From Catajapyx aquilonaris (taxonomy: Eukaryota): 64,000 nt of DNA. The notes under the pieces are model-generated. The model had not been told where the DNA came from. It was given only the letters and a program-made list of their open reading frames with translations, and ran no database searches. Made by a program: the position numbers and the translations under genes. Every line of letters starts with the position of its first letter. The stretch's first letter is position 1. Where the stretch lies: positions 1-64,000 of the forward strand of contig JYFJ02002233.1 of NCBI GenBank assembly GCA_000934665.2, given 5' to 3'. Shown here piece by piece: positions 38,297 to 51,600 of the stretch.

Positions 38297-40813
38297 TCAT
38301 ATTCATCCATAATTCTGTCATGTTGCTGTTGAACTTTCACATCTATTGTGCAATTTGTTTTAAAAACGTTTTAACCTGGAACTATACATTAACTAACAGT
38401 TGGAGCAATCTACCCTGAAAGTCCCTTTCCGCTGACTTTAATGAAATGCTTTAAAAATAGTGAGCTGCACGGATCCGTTCGTGATATCTTGAACTTTATC
38501 TCATGAAACCCATCTCCTTCCTGGCCTCCCTAAATCAGCCCCCGAGTTAAAGTCCTTCCGACATTTCCGCACCACTACTCCGCCCTTTCTATAGCAACCC
38601 GTACTACGAATCACGAGTCTTATCCACCTTCACCCAAAGGACTGAATCATGATAAAACACTGTGTACACAAAGTCAGGAAGTTCAATGCCAGGTTTTGTT
38701 GGTTGAGCCTATATCGATTGTTGCCCCTAGCTTGCCTGGGACTCGTTCCAAGAAATGCGTTGGTGTTCATGGCAACAAGGCATTTGTAGCTTTTACTACA
38801 CTTACTACTCCGGACTCGTCGACATCAAAGCAGTCAAGTGTAGGAGGCAAGAGAGAGAGATTGTAGACACCTAGTTTCTATTTCTGGACAGTGTGCCACC
38901 TCGGCCCGGGTTCAAGAATAAGGACAAGGAGGAAAAAAAAATATTGCGTCGAGCTGGAGCCACGGTTTCACGCCAAGTGTCCTAAACATATTTTGCTATT
39001 TTTTTTTTGCACACCTGATTCCGATTTTCAAAGTGAGATCAGTCTCGTCTCGCTGCAGCTGCTATTTTCCACGAGACAACTTCTCTCTCTCCCGGGTTTA
39101 TTTGCGCCAAGATTAATGAGAAATTTTCTCCCACCGCCATACTGCGCCTCCTGTGCGTCTATATTCGCCATGCTGAAATACTTTGGGGCCATTCGCGCTC
39201 CGGATTTACTCCCTGAGATATGAGTCTAGTACAAAATTACATCTGCGTTCAAGTTGAAGGCATCCTCGAAGCACATCCTTGCTCCCAAAAAGTGCGTTGT
39301 CACGTATACGATTCATTGACCTGTACGTGTACCTGTCTCGAGTGATTTTAATAATTGTTGATATTTTTGCCAAATGTGACATCAATATCCTGTATCCGGT
39401 ATGGGTTTTTAAAGCGCATTGCAGGAATGAGCCCGGTGTGACCGGCTATGCACGAGTAATATTGTGGCCATATTGCTAGGCCTGACAGTAATGGAGTTCA
39501 TAGTCGTCAAGCGCAGAGTGGTTTTATTAGAGTCTCCTAATTTATTATTGCTTTTACGAGTGCGAAAAGGGAGTAATGTGTGTCGCCTCTAACCTGTCAG
39601 CCTTTATCAGCCAACTCTTCATTTTACGTACTCTGGAAATTTCAGGCTCTTCATTTGCAAAAAATGTGCTATAACTCTAGGAAATATTGACTTTTGAGAT
39701 GTATGTAATTTTTTGGGATATAACGCCAGCTGAATTCAACTCTTGGTATTATCAAGTTCACAGTGTGTATTTCGTCCATTTTTTGTAATGTGACAAGGGT
39801 TGTTGATAACTGATGCCTAACGAGAGTAGGCGTCAAGTTCCCTGCATTATACGACTCGGAACCACCACAACAATACCACATTCCACTCCCTGAACAATGC
39901 AAACAATCCTTCTACGCACTTGCTCAGTGCAGGTGTCGCATTGCGCACTCCTTTCTTTTGCACAAATAAGCCATTTGCCTTTAAACAACAAGCTTCGTCG
40001 CCACAAGACAACTCATTCGGAAAATCCGGTTTTAAACAAGCCCACCCTGTTAGCTGAAGACAGTGGAGATCACTCAGCATCAGCATGTTGCAAGAAACAG
40101 TGTTAATTACGCGTGTCGAGAGCTCCAGTCGGAAAGATGACGGTTTGCCAGAAGGAATGCTTTTTAAGAACATATTGGTGCCGATTAGCGCCTCACAAAA
40201 CTCTGCCATTTTGCTGGCCATTTACTGGTTTTATTATTTCTCGAGGAAAACTGGTGCTGTCATCTCCTACTTTGTGAAGCCGACCTTGACCCACGCACGA
40301 TGGCTTCAGTTCAAAACTTCACCCACGAGTTGTAGATATATTCTTGAAGGGGTACCAGAAGCTGCCATTTGTCACGGATATGCGTCCTGAAGAGGTGGGT
40401 GTGTGTAGGAGTCTTCTCTTTAGGCCCCTGTACCCTTTGGTGCTGACGTTGCTTGCTTGATGCCCTGCCAAATGGCGGAGGTAAAATTAAACCCCATGGG
40501 AGAAGGATTTTTTTTCTTTCTAACCCCCCCCCCCCCCACCAAATATTCCTCTTAGGTATGACCCCGAAAAGACGTTTATCAAGTAGCACACCCCTTGCTC
40601 CTTGACATCAACCTAGATCCGCCCGCAGTGAGATTTAATCCCTCGGGGAGCCCTGGGCCATTAATTAAAATTTTGGGCACCTTCACACGCAACCCATTTG
40701 GCATAATCTGCTGACTAACCAACCCCATTTCGCGTTGAAAACTGGAGCATCCCTGGTTGAAATTTGTCATCCAAAATGGCTATACACGAACCTTTTCCTT
40801 CAAGCTACATTGT

Positions 40814-40858
40814 TGTTATATTTGTTACAAATATGGGCATGTATCAAAAGTGTGCCCG
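40814..40858 (+). pseudogene. CCHC zinc-knuckle coding fragment (retroelement ORF1/gag relic or small exon)
   Basis: ORF 40757-41035 contains C-YI-C-YKYG-H-VSKV-C-P, an exact CX2CX4HX4C motif. It has an aromatic residue after the first Cys, the GH dipeptide and a trailing Pro. In-frame stops lie just upstream and no other domain is visible. Confidence 0.5.
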
Positions 40859-43800
40859 GAGATTTCTTGTGGTACTAAAACCAGAAACAGATTTGTTCGA
40901 GCATGTTCCTGTCTTGGCTACCTGGATTATCCAGAAGAAAACCGGTGGAGTTTCCAGATTGCATTTGCATTTTCTATTATCCGTGGCAATATTTTTCTCC
41001 ACCTTCTTCCAGCACTCACTTCCTCATCTTTGTAGGAATTGGAGTGAAAAATCTACTTGCCAGCAGGAGGTAGGTTTTGGTGGAGCTTGGAAATAAAAAG
41101 TGCGATCTGCAAGTTGGAGTGTTGGCTGATAAAACAAGAGAGCCCAGGTTGATTAGAACCAAGTGAAATGTTAAGCAAGCAAATGACTTGATTGGTTATC
41201 TCGAAGGGAGATGACGAGACATTCCCGGGTTATATGGACACAAGTTCACTTTTATTAAGTTTGCTTCTTCTTTCCTTCTCCCTGGAGGCCCCCCCGAATT
41301 TCCCTTTCTACTTTTCACTCAAAAGGGGAAAACACTGAAAAGCTCTCATTCGTTGAAAAGCCCTCCCGGTGTGGAGCCAGCTACACCTTTACTTGGTGAG
41401 CACCATTATTGGATCCCCGCCTTTTTAATCAGCCTGCCCAAGATTAACGACCCGCTTTGCAAAAAAAAAATCCTGATTCAATTCAGCAATTGCTTTCAGA
41501 CAAAGTGCGAAGATGTGCTGATTCGGTCGGCTTTTAATTGCATTAAAAACAAAGTCAAATCTCCATATCCAATTGGCGATTTCTGACTGAAATACTGTCC
41601 CTAACTGGACTTTAATCCAACCACTTCTAATGCTGAGTCCAAGTTCTGTTACTTGCTATTTTGGCAGCTCTTGCTTTCTAGAGGATGGAAATCATAAACG
41701 AAGCAGAGCTGCGCAAACAGAAAGAGAGCGACACCTGCTTTAATTTCATTTACGAAAAGAGAGAGCTCCGGAAAATGTACCTAGTAATAGGTTTACGACC
41801 CGAGGAAAATTCACGGTAATTGGCCTATTGTTCCATCGCTTCTTTCTTTGAGGGAATTTGATCGGGACGGGGAAAACTTAGACAGACAAGTTGCCAGCAC
41901 CCGGTTGCGTCACACATAAAAGGCGACGCGTCACATTACCTTTCGATTGCTTTTTCTCTCACTTTCTCAAGGTGTCCGATTGCTTCTGAGGTTTACTCGT
42001 TATGATGAGCTATTTTTAAGCACATCCATAAGATCGTGACGTCAACCTGGATAAGTCCAATTTTAAATTAATATCGCAAAAAAAATCATTGGCCCTACAA
42101 CTAACTGGTATTAAGTCCATTCGCCTTCTAATTAAATCAGTCTCACTGAACAGCCTTTCTCAACCTTGGTGTAATAATTGAATTGAACTTTGCTAATTGA
42201 AGCCTCCCAAACTTAGCATCATATTGTGTTCTTGACCCCCGCTTTTGCAGTGCATATTATAGTATGAACTGCACTCGGTAATTGGCAAAAGGGTCCGAAC
42301 CTACACAGAGAAATTTCACGCGTAGATGAACACCTCCCACATTGAGTAGGCTTAAGTCATCTGAACTTAACCTGCCCCAACTATTATATCACGACCTTTA
42401 ACATTCAGCCAAAGTCGACACCAATTCAGCTGACAGACACTAGATTGCAATCTCCGCGTTGGTGTAATTGGAACAAGCGCTTTTTGGGGGTAAAGCACAT
42501 AAAAAAGGTGACGTTGTTACTTCCACTTTTGCCCTCGTCACACACCCTACCCTTAATCGCGCCAATCTTTTCCAAGCTACTTCACTCCCCACCAGAAATA
42601 AACCGAGATATGCCTGAAAATAAGCTCCTCCAAAAAGTAAGGCTCCCGAGGGTTCCTTTACCAACTGCCTGGAATTAGTAGCCAAATTTATCTCCGGGGA
42701 TTGGAGGGGGGAGGGGCGACTATGGCAAATGAAAATCCTAGCCTTGCAGTGTAGAAAAGCAGGTGAGCAATGTCATCAAAAAGGCTTCATAAAATCTAGC
42801 CTGCCCTTGATGAAGTTGGAAGCACAGAATGAATCTAGGTGTTTGCAGCTATCGGACATCCTCCGTCTCACACCCCCAAACCCAGACCCCGTAATTAAAA
42901 AGGCTGGCTCTTTTCACGAGAGCAGTTATTACTTCTGTCTGGAAGCTGCCGACTTTCGTTATATGAAACTGGCTCACAGACTTCTTTTTTATGTAACTGC
43001 TTACGTAAGTATTGGACGCGGTTTGATGCATAATGTTACTGTCTGATTGTGAAGGATCGTAAAAATTTTAGGCACAGTTGTTGTTATAGGGCATGCCTCA
43101 TTAGTCGGTATGTAAATTGCAGCCACGTATGCTCAATAAAAATCAGTATCTTCATTTGCTGGAGGCAGTTCCCGGAAATGGTGTCAAGAGACAATAATAA
43201 AACGTTTGACGTCCTTCGCGTATATGATTTATTAATGTGTCGCTTGAATCAAAACAATTGCGTACGTGAACTGTGAATAATACATTTTAAGCTGGTGTAG
43301 ACTAGATTCTGCTAGCTCTGTTCACAAAATTAAATTAAAAGTTTAAGAATAATAAAAAAACTGTCCCACGCGGAAATGATTTTCTTTGCAGCTTTAATAA
43401 CCTGCTCATGATATTGCTCTTGGCTCTCGAGAGAAATATCGAATAACTTCTATCTCTCAAATTTGTCACCAAGGTCCCCACGTTTTTCAAGGCATTATTT
43501 CCGTCCTTGAGCAAGAAGAAGTCAACAACACCAAATCATTCATGGATCCCGCATATTGTTTGGCCAAAAAAACATGAATTTTACGATACATTTTTGTAAC
43601 AGCCTTGGAATAACTCCAAAAATGTTACAATCCGGTTTTATGATATACACGAGGAGAAATATGTTGCCACCTTAACTCACAGGGATTTATTTTCCATGGT
43701 CGACGGAGGTCGCAAATAATCCGGAATGTGCCTCACGCGGGCCCTTCATAAAGATGAAAATGGCACCAAGTTCAGAAACGAATTTATCAAGGAGCACACT

Positions 43801-45515
43801 CTTATAAGAGAAAAAGCTAGGGAATAAAAAAAAGGGAAGAAGAAGACGAAGGAAGAAAGAAATGATAATGCGGTCTCTTCCATCTTTTTCCAATGCAAAT
43901 TTCATCCAAAATCCTTAGGAACGAAGAGTGCTCCAGACAGAAAGTATCGCGACTATAGTTGGAGCCCCTCCCCATTTTTATGCTTTCTCCTCAACTCATA
44001 ACTTACAATTATTTTGAGAGCCCTACAGATTCCCGCTTTGTGGATGCCAAGTGCACCTCCCTCGCTTTACCCCGGCAATAAACGTTAACAAGCTGTGTTT
44101 TGCTACATTTTTAGCGCTCTCTGATGGCGAAAAAAAAAGAGTACAGTGCTGAACAAAAAAAAGGTCAAAGGCATTGACACGCGCCATTTATGTAAGACCA
44201 AATATTGGCTGCCCCCACCGACTCACTAGGAAGATAAATACATATATGAAAAAAAACACACAGAGAGCAAAAGATGTGGACAGAAGTCTTGGTCAACAAA
44301 GGCCAGTGGTCCGTTTGCCATTACGCTGAAAGCCTTATTCGGAAGGCCCTCTTGAATGGATTGTTTGAGGCCAGTGGGCTTTTTTGGTGAAGCGGGGAAA
44401 AAAAACTTCAAACAAAAGGGGCCGCGGCTGCAATGTGCAGGGGACAAACAAGTCAGCTGCACCTGAAACCGAAAATCATTGTCAGACGCATCTTTGAAAA
44501 TACACGGGACGTTTCCAAAAATAGCAGCTTGGAAAAAGAAGTGTAAAGCGAGCTATGAATAGAGACGACGCTTGCTAAAAATTGGCAAGTCGCACATTTT
44601 AGACAGCTAATTGGCATCAAGCCGATTCGACCATGGGGGAAAGATAAGACTCGAGTCAAATCACCGGCGCAGTGAACAAACTTCACTTTCTTTGTTACAT
44701 AACCGTTTTTTAAAAAAAAAGCAAGCATGCGCCGCCCGCAGTAATTAAATATCCTAATATACGGAACTAAGAAGTCATAGAAAATTACAGTTGCTCAACT
44801 GGGAGTAGTTGCAATATAATAATAATTTTTTTAAGAGTGGATGCTGGCTGTGGATCGTGAAGCGGGGAATTTCGGGCCTAATGGGAAGAAATCCGAGCCG
44901 TAATTGTGCTCGGAAGATGAGTTTTTCTCTTAAAAAGACACGAGTGTATAAAACAGCGTCAAGGGTTTAAAAAAAATACCGGCTTGATTAACTCGCTCGT
45001 GTAATTTCTCTTGGCACTTGCGCATGTTTCACTCACTTTGATTGCTCCTTGGGAAATGTAGTTTTAAATGTGGCTCTTTCAAAAAGTTGGGGATGAAATG
45101 ACTTCAAAAAATATGTAAAGATTTCAAAGACTTTTGAGTTCAGGCGCCCACAATACACATAACATATTCAGACGTTTTCCCCGCACTTTTGAAGAGGAGT
45201 TAAGACTTTTATCCAGGCGATTTGATTAACATTTGTGCGGAGGTTAAAGTTCAGGTGGAATTAAGTAGGTACTGTATACGTCAAGGGCTCATACGTTTTC
45301 CATGTCGTGGCGTCCACTGTGCTCCCAGGTGTTTTGAACTACTCAAACGAGGCAAGAAAGCGCAACTGTGCAGCAGCACAACGGCTGTAATATATTATTT
45401 ATAATCTAGCACAGTTCACACTGTATATCTGAAGTGGAGTAAAGAGAAGAAATTGCGCATACAGCTCGGTCTGTATATAGTTCAAAACAGCAACAAGATG
45501 TTGCACCTTGTTACA

Positions 45516-45581
45516 CCTCCTTACCCTGTGCAACCTATCACATAACATGTTCTGTACAATAGGTTGCACAGTGTAACGAGG
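45516..45581 (+). ncRNA. Candidate pre-miRNA-like hairpin (miR-10-type 5' seed) or palindromic mini-element
   Basis: Arms CCTCCTTACCCTGTGCAACCTAT and ATAGGTTGCACAGTGTAACGAGG pair at 21/23, with extra ACA/TGT pairs and a ~10-nt loop. The 5' arm from 45522 starts TACCCTGT. Confidence 0.3.
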
Positions 45582-48500
45582 ATAATTTTAATAAATTAAT
45601 GTCAAATACTATACCAGCATTTCCCTGCCAAAATGCCTTCTTCGCATGCATGGTAAATAGTTGGCAGATTTATTTAGTATGAGACGTTCCGACAAAGCGG
45701 CTATAATTCCGCTCTATATTCAGCAATCGTGTAACGTTGACAGTCCTTCATGCAGGTGCCATTATGTTATGTCACACAGACATCGTCGTGCCGCAGGTGT
45801 TGATCGGACGAACCTTGACCTTGTATCCATGAGCCACACCCTTACGTATACAGGCTTAATCTTTAATATGCTTATTAATAGCATTGTCAGTCGGCCAATA
45901 AATATTCATCTCTCCTATTGTTTACAACTTACGGAGGCACATCCAATAAGTGATATTCACTGCAAGACACTTCGATTGCAGTGCAGGTGCGCAAGCTTTG
46001 CAACATATCTCTGCTCCTAAACCCTCTAAGATAGTGTAGAGTTGTGACATGCGGACCCATAAAAAGTAAGCAATAATTATAGTTGCATACTGATTAAACT
46101 AACATTTCCTTCTGCATATACTCTTGCTTCCTCAATGTGAGTGAAGGCTGAGTAATGAGGTACCTTTTGTGGAATGAGCAAATTCCAAGCACGAGGAAAA
46201 TTTGTGAAAGCTGAATATAGGCTTGAACATAGTCTACTGTAAAAGGACAAATATCATTTCCTGCATGCGATTCTCTGTAGTAGTATTTGTATAATGTCTT
46301 GAAATTGCCTCGACGGAATACTGGAAGTGAATAAGTCATATTTAAGGGGAGGGGGGGGGCTCCACAACTTCCCTTCCTACACGGAATGTCTTGTTTGCAT
46401 TAATCATACGAAAAATGGCCCAATTCGTCAGCCTGGGAATATGTCAAGAATAGACATGCCTTTCCAATGTCTATATTTACTTCCGGGTTTTAATTTTAAA
46501 TATTATTCAAAAGTCCATATATAAGACCATGTAATAATAATTGTCGAAAAAAGCAGGTGTTTAATACAAAATCACAAATGTGCACCTTGCCATCAATTGC
46601 TCATATTTTATTTAATAAATCTGCTACATTGCACTCAAAGTTACCTTTAATTGCCTGCAGATATGAGCTAAACAAATTGTTCAATTGGCCTTACCATTAA
46701 AATTCCACATTATTCTGCTTAAGGAATGTCTGTCTTTTAACATGCTATCCTTTCAAGTGTCTACTGAATGACCTACGCATTGTTATTCTCAGAAAGGACA
46801 ATTGATCATGACTGCGCATCATCGAGAGGAAGCATGTGTTTTAAAGTGGCAGTAACCTAAAGAGAAAGAACTATACTCACCTGCTGGTAGTGTGGGAAGC
46901 GAATGACTACAGTGCACAAGCTCATTTCAAGTAAAATGACACGGACATTGTTACAGTAATAAACAATATTATAGTACCTGCCGGAACGAAAGTACATTAT
47001 TTTCATTAATTAATGGACCACCTTCGTTCAGGAATTATTCATAACCTTCAGATGAGCAACATTGAAAGCGTGCCTTGTTATACAAAATGGCCGGAATGAG
47101 CCGTCAAGCGTGTCACTCCAAGCTCTATATTGTAATGCATGAGGCAGGAAGAGTCATTAATACGTGCTAAGTACAAGCGTTCACTTCCATCAGAGTAAAA
47201 AAAATTAAGCGGATTGTGTGCTTTTCAACAAAAAAAATTAGGAAAGAAAACCCCCTTTATGAAACCCGTGACAAAAGGAGAGGATCGGTGTGTATACAGA
47301 GACAAGCCTTGTGATTCTCTCTTCGTGTGCAGCAGATGGTGTGGAAAAGTTCTGTTCATAAGGCTTACAAGCTGGAAGGATAATGCATGGCCACACCATG
47401 ACGAGGTTTTTCTTTATTAATCCGCCTCCAGTCAACTGTACACAGGTATACAGTACTATAGTCATTGCTGAATTAGTGAATGGCAATTGCAGCCTATTCT
47501 CAGCACAATTTTATTGATGATCTGAATCGCAAACAGTACGTACAAACTATTGTTTACAGATATTCTGGCCAGTTGTATATGAATGAATACCTACCAATAC
47601 GTACACAATCAAAGCTTATCCCTGGAACCTTTGTTCGATAAAATACCGGGAGAAGGTTCTGTTCCAGAATAACAGCAACTGGCAATAAATTGTGGGCCAG
47701 AAATACCCCCCAGTAATGCTTCTTCAGCCATGGCTCTCAAAACAAAATAAAGGTAGATCCCCCCACCATGACGGTTATCGAATCCAACCGGCTTTCAATG
47801 TCTTAACAATCCATTTTGATGACAAGAAAGGCGGGCCCTGTTGGTCTATCCTCCATCACGCCTCTTTTTTTTTAAAAAAAAAGGAGGGCACAAAAGGTTT
47901 TGTAGTTCCCTTTTTGGCCCTGCTCTTCCGACAATAATGAGGTCAGGAGCCAAAGGAACGAAAGGACCCCTTTTAAAACCTAGCGACTCACTCGGGTTAG
48001 TATGAAGCACGCCACCACTCCAAACACAACAACCTCTGGGCACAATGCTCTATTCATACCCTGGTGCTGGGTGTACATAATGGCAGCAAGAAGTGCGTTG
48101 TTGATAGTCGTAATCAAATGGACAGTGTGTTGAATTAGTATAATCGTCAATTGGTTATGAACAGGAAATCTGAAGGTCACACTCATTTTATGAACAGCTT
48201 TACGTCTGCATTGGTACGTGAAATTCGAGCCAATTTTTTAGCTAAATGATCACTGTTTCAAGCAATTGTTCAACTAACCTGTAACTAGTAGCAACTAACA
48301 ATTCGTCAGAACTGGAAGTGTACTCGTCTCCAGCTCGCAATTGATCGCAATGTGCACACAAGTCTGCGGCCGCACTCGGAATGCAATGAACAAGGGTGAG
48401 TCATCACGAACAAACCGCACGGTCTCTGCTTTTCATCGCATGCGTGGCTCCAACAGGTGTTTCTCAACGATCTCTTTGTTGTATTATACACTCAGTGTAG

Positions 48501-48656
48501 CTTCGATTATCTAGCTCTTTTATGTGCGATGTGTTTATGATCGCCAACAAAGCCGGGTTGCCCTGATATAACATCACGGACACATTTTTGTTTCTCCCGG
48601 AAGAAAACAAACAGGGTCTGTCATAATGCATAAAATAATAATTAATGAAAAAAAAA

Positions 48657-48674
48657 ATCATAAAACACCCTGTA
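48657..48674 (-). mobile_element. Orphan Tc1/mariner-type TIR end (TA|CAGGGTGTTTTATG)
   Basis: The plus strand reads ...CATAAAACACCCTGTA; the reverse complement begins TACAGGGTGTT. Confidence 0.4.
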
Positions 48675-51600
48675 TACGCAGACATTCCGTGTCACCTCAC
48701 CTTCAGGAATTTAAAAATATATATTTTCTAGCCGGTCGAGCCAGAAAACTTCGTTTTCTGCCTCGAGCTGCCTAAAAAGACGAGACACTGAACAAAGAAG
48801 AGCAGAAGTTTCAGAGAAGCATTAAAAGGGGGTAGATTCCTTCTAGCCCACCCTGTGAATATCTTGCAAAATCGTCCCGTGATTACAAACCGTTTATAAA
48901 AGGAGGCATTCAAAAGAGATGGTCCGATCCGCTCCCCCAAACTTTCTCATGGTTTTGATCACGAAGCTTTGGGCCACCCCACCTTCAAAATTACCTTCGA
49001 TCCAAACACAGAGAGGTGGGTTGGGTTTCAAAAGACGCCGGAATGTTTCCGGATAAATATATGAGGACGGATTTATGAAAGGCGGAGTTTGCTCGGATTG
49101 CCTCGGTGCAATTTGTTATTAATGGTGTACTTATTAGTTAGTTAAGGGAGGGCCATTCAAAGGCTTCCGGTTACAAGCCCGGTGGCTAAATTAACAACAG
49201 AAGTTTAGTCATTCTGGACCTAGATGAAGAGGAGGTTCCGAATTTGTATGGTCATTCAATTTGCATATTTATATCGATCTTGGCAAAGGTAATTCGCCAA
49301 TTAAAGGCCATATGCATTTTGTCCTTCTGCGAGAGAGCCTGATATTTGACGGCTTTTTGCTTGGAGACTGCCTGAACTCTCCTGGAATTAATTAACCGGG
49401 TCATCAAGGTTTCCCTCTTGGAAAATCAAACAAGAAGGATGGTTTTGCACAGGCTGGAAGCTGACTGGACCCAGGGAAGGTCAACACGTCTTTCATGTTA
49501 TCTCCGCGGGCCATTTCTCTGCGAGTCCAAACTGTTTAGTTTGCAGTACTCAAAATTTGTAGCCACCTTTGAGATCCGGGTCTATATAAAAAAAAGAGAG
49601 AGAAAGAAGTTTGAATGAGGGTAAGTTTGGAGAGCCAGCCATCCCTCGATTCTCTCTGGTTGAAGCGACGTCAACTCTTTGATTGAAGCAATTAGAAGTT
49701 GTCGCCAAAAGTTTCCCGAACTCCTCTAACGAATACGCACTATACGGCTTACGACATGGTTGGGCTGACGCCAGCGTTTAAGTTTTAAGGCCCAATTTGT
49801 ATGGATCGTTAAACGTCCAACTTATTTCAATGCCGGGGCAGAAACGACCAGAAATGACCTTTTTTACCTTACCAGAAAAGTCGAGGAACTCAATCATTCT
49901 CATCCTAATGAGTCGAGGAAGAATAATGGCTGCTGCTGTTGTTGTTTTTTCTTCTTCTAAAAAGACCGAATGTTGCAATTGCTCTCAATTTTTGCAGAAT
50001 TAACTGCAATAGAAGGCCGCTGTGCAAACTATTACAGTGCATTTTCTTATTAGAAACACTTTTCGCTCATTCAGGAGCTTTGCAAATTTATATTAAATTT
50101 GACAAATATTTGCCACGTGTTGTGCGCTTATTAGATTCATCAACGTGGATTACACGAGGATTTTCGTCAATGACATTTTCAAGGTCATTCGCGGTGAGAC
50201 TATGCCCGGGGTATTTCAAAGGTCAGAGAAAAGGCCACGTTCGGTGTTGAATTCCTTCAACAGCGCTATAGGCTGTCCTGTAAAGGATAGAGGGGATTTT
50301 GCTACAGAACATGTACCGTATACAGTCCATGTTTATCTTGTCATTCTTGTGAGATGTCCAATAAATTACATCACTACATTGGAACTGGTCTGACAAACAT
50401 TATTATCCCCACAAATAAGGCTCGAGTGTTTTTTTTTGTGAGTTAAGTACCAATATGCTTTACTATCCAGTGACATTTCTAAATGAAGCATCATCCTGAG
50501 ACAAAAATACGTATACACTGTACATGCGAATCAATTAGTCCATAAATTTGATTCGTGTCCTAACGTATTTATTTTGACGCTGAAAGCTAAAGCTTTGAAA
50601 CTAGCTCTGTACAACAACCTTTGTGTGATGATAGGAAGAGCTCAGGGGAATTTTTTAGTGGTCGGTACGCCAATTTATTATGCACATTTAATACCTATAG
50701 TTCATACCCATATTCCTTTTGAGACCCCCTTGTTTTAGTCGGAAACAGTAATTTGGCTTTGCCCAGTAGCGATGGGAAGGCATGAGAGGACTCGACATCT
50801 GTTGTGGCTTGTTGCTGCTTGTGTACCAGGGCAATAGCGACAGTTCAATTCCACTGATCGATTGCACCAGCAAATAAACCTGACACAGGTAGTCTACCAT
50901 TCCTTAACACAGCACCCTCTGTGTCCTTTTTTTCCCTCGTACAAATCAGGCAGGTAAACCAGCAAACAAGTCTTTGTTAGAAACACAAATTACAGATATT
51001 AATAAATAGCCTACATTTGCATAAAAATTGCTGACTTCTTAAACGACTATGGGTTCAACAAATCAGGCTGCAGTGCCTATCGTTCCTGTTCTTTCTTCCA
51101 CTTAAATTACAGCAGCTGAATTATTCACCTTCATTGTACTTAAATCCAACTATTTGTCCATGGAAAAGATATTTGCATAAAAAAAGGCTTACGGAGAAAA
51201 ATTAATGTCTGACAAACAAGCTCTGCAAGACTGATAACTGCAGTCTTTTTGGAGAAGAAAAAACGGCTGGCATTCGAACTAGAAATGGAAGAAAAACAAA
51301 TTAGCCAGCTGTCCATCATTAGACAACCAACTGTAGTGCCCCACTTTTGCATACGGTCTGTCCGGGACAGAATTGTATTGCGCCAACAAAATTTCCATGC
51401 AACAGTGTAATTAAACGCTAGGAAAATGCAATTAATTTCATGCCAAGCGCATGACATTATTTTTTTATTATTCTTCTTTCCCTCCAGCGTGGTGGCCTGA
51501 ACACTAAAATAATTTAGTAATTTAGTGCATGGACAAACTTTCGGTTGGGCAAAGGCCGCCACAACCTTAAATCTAATTTAGCTAACACTTCAAAACCCTT

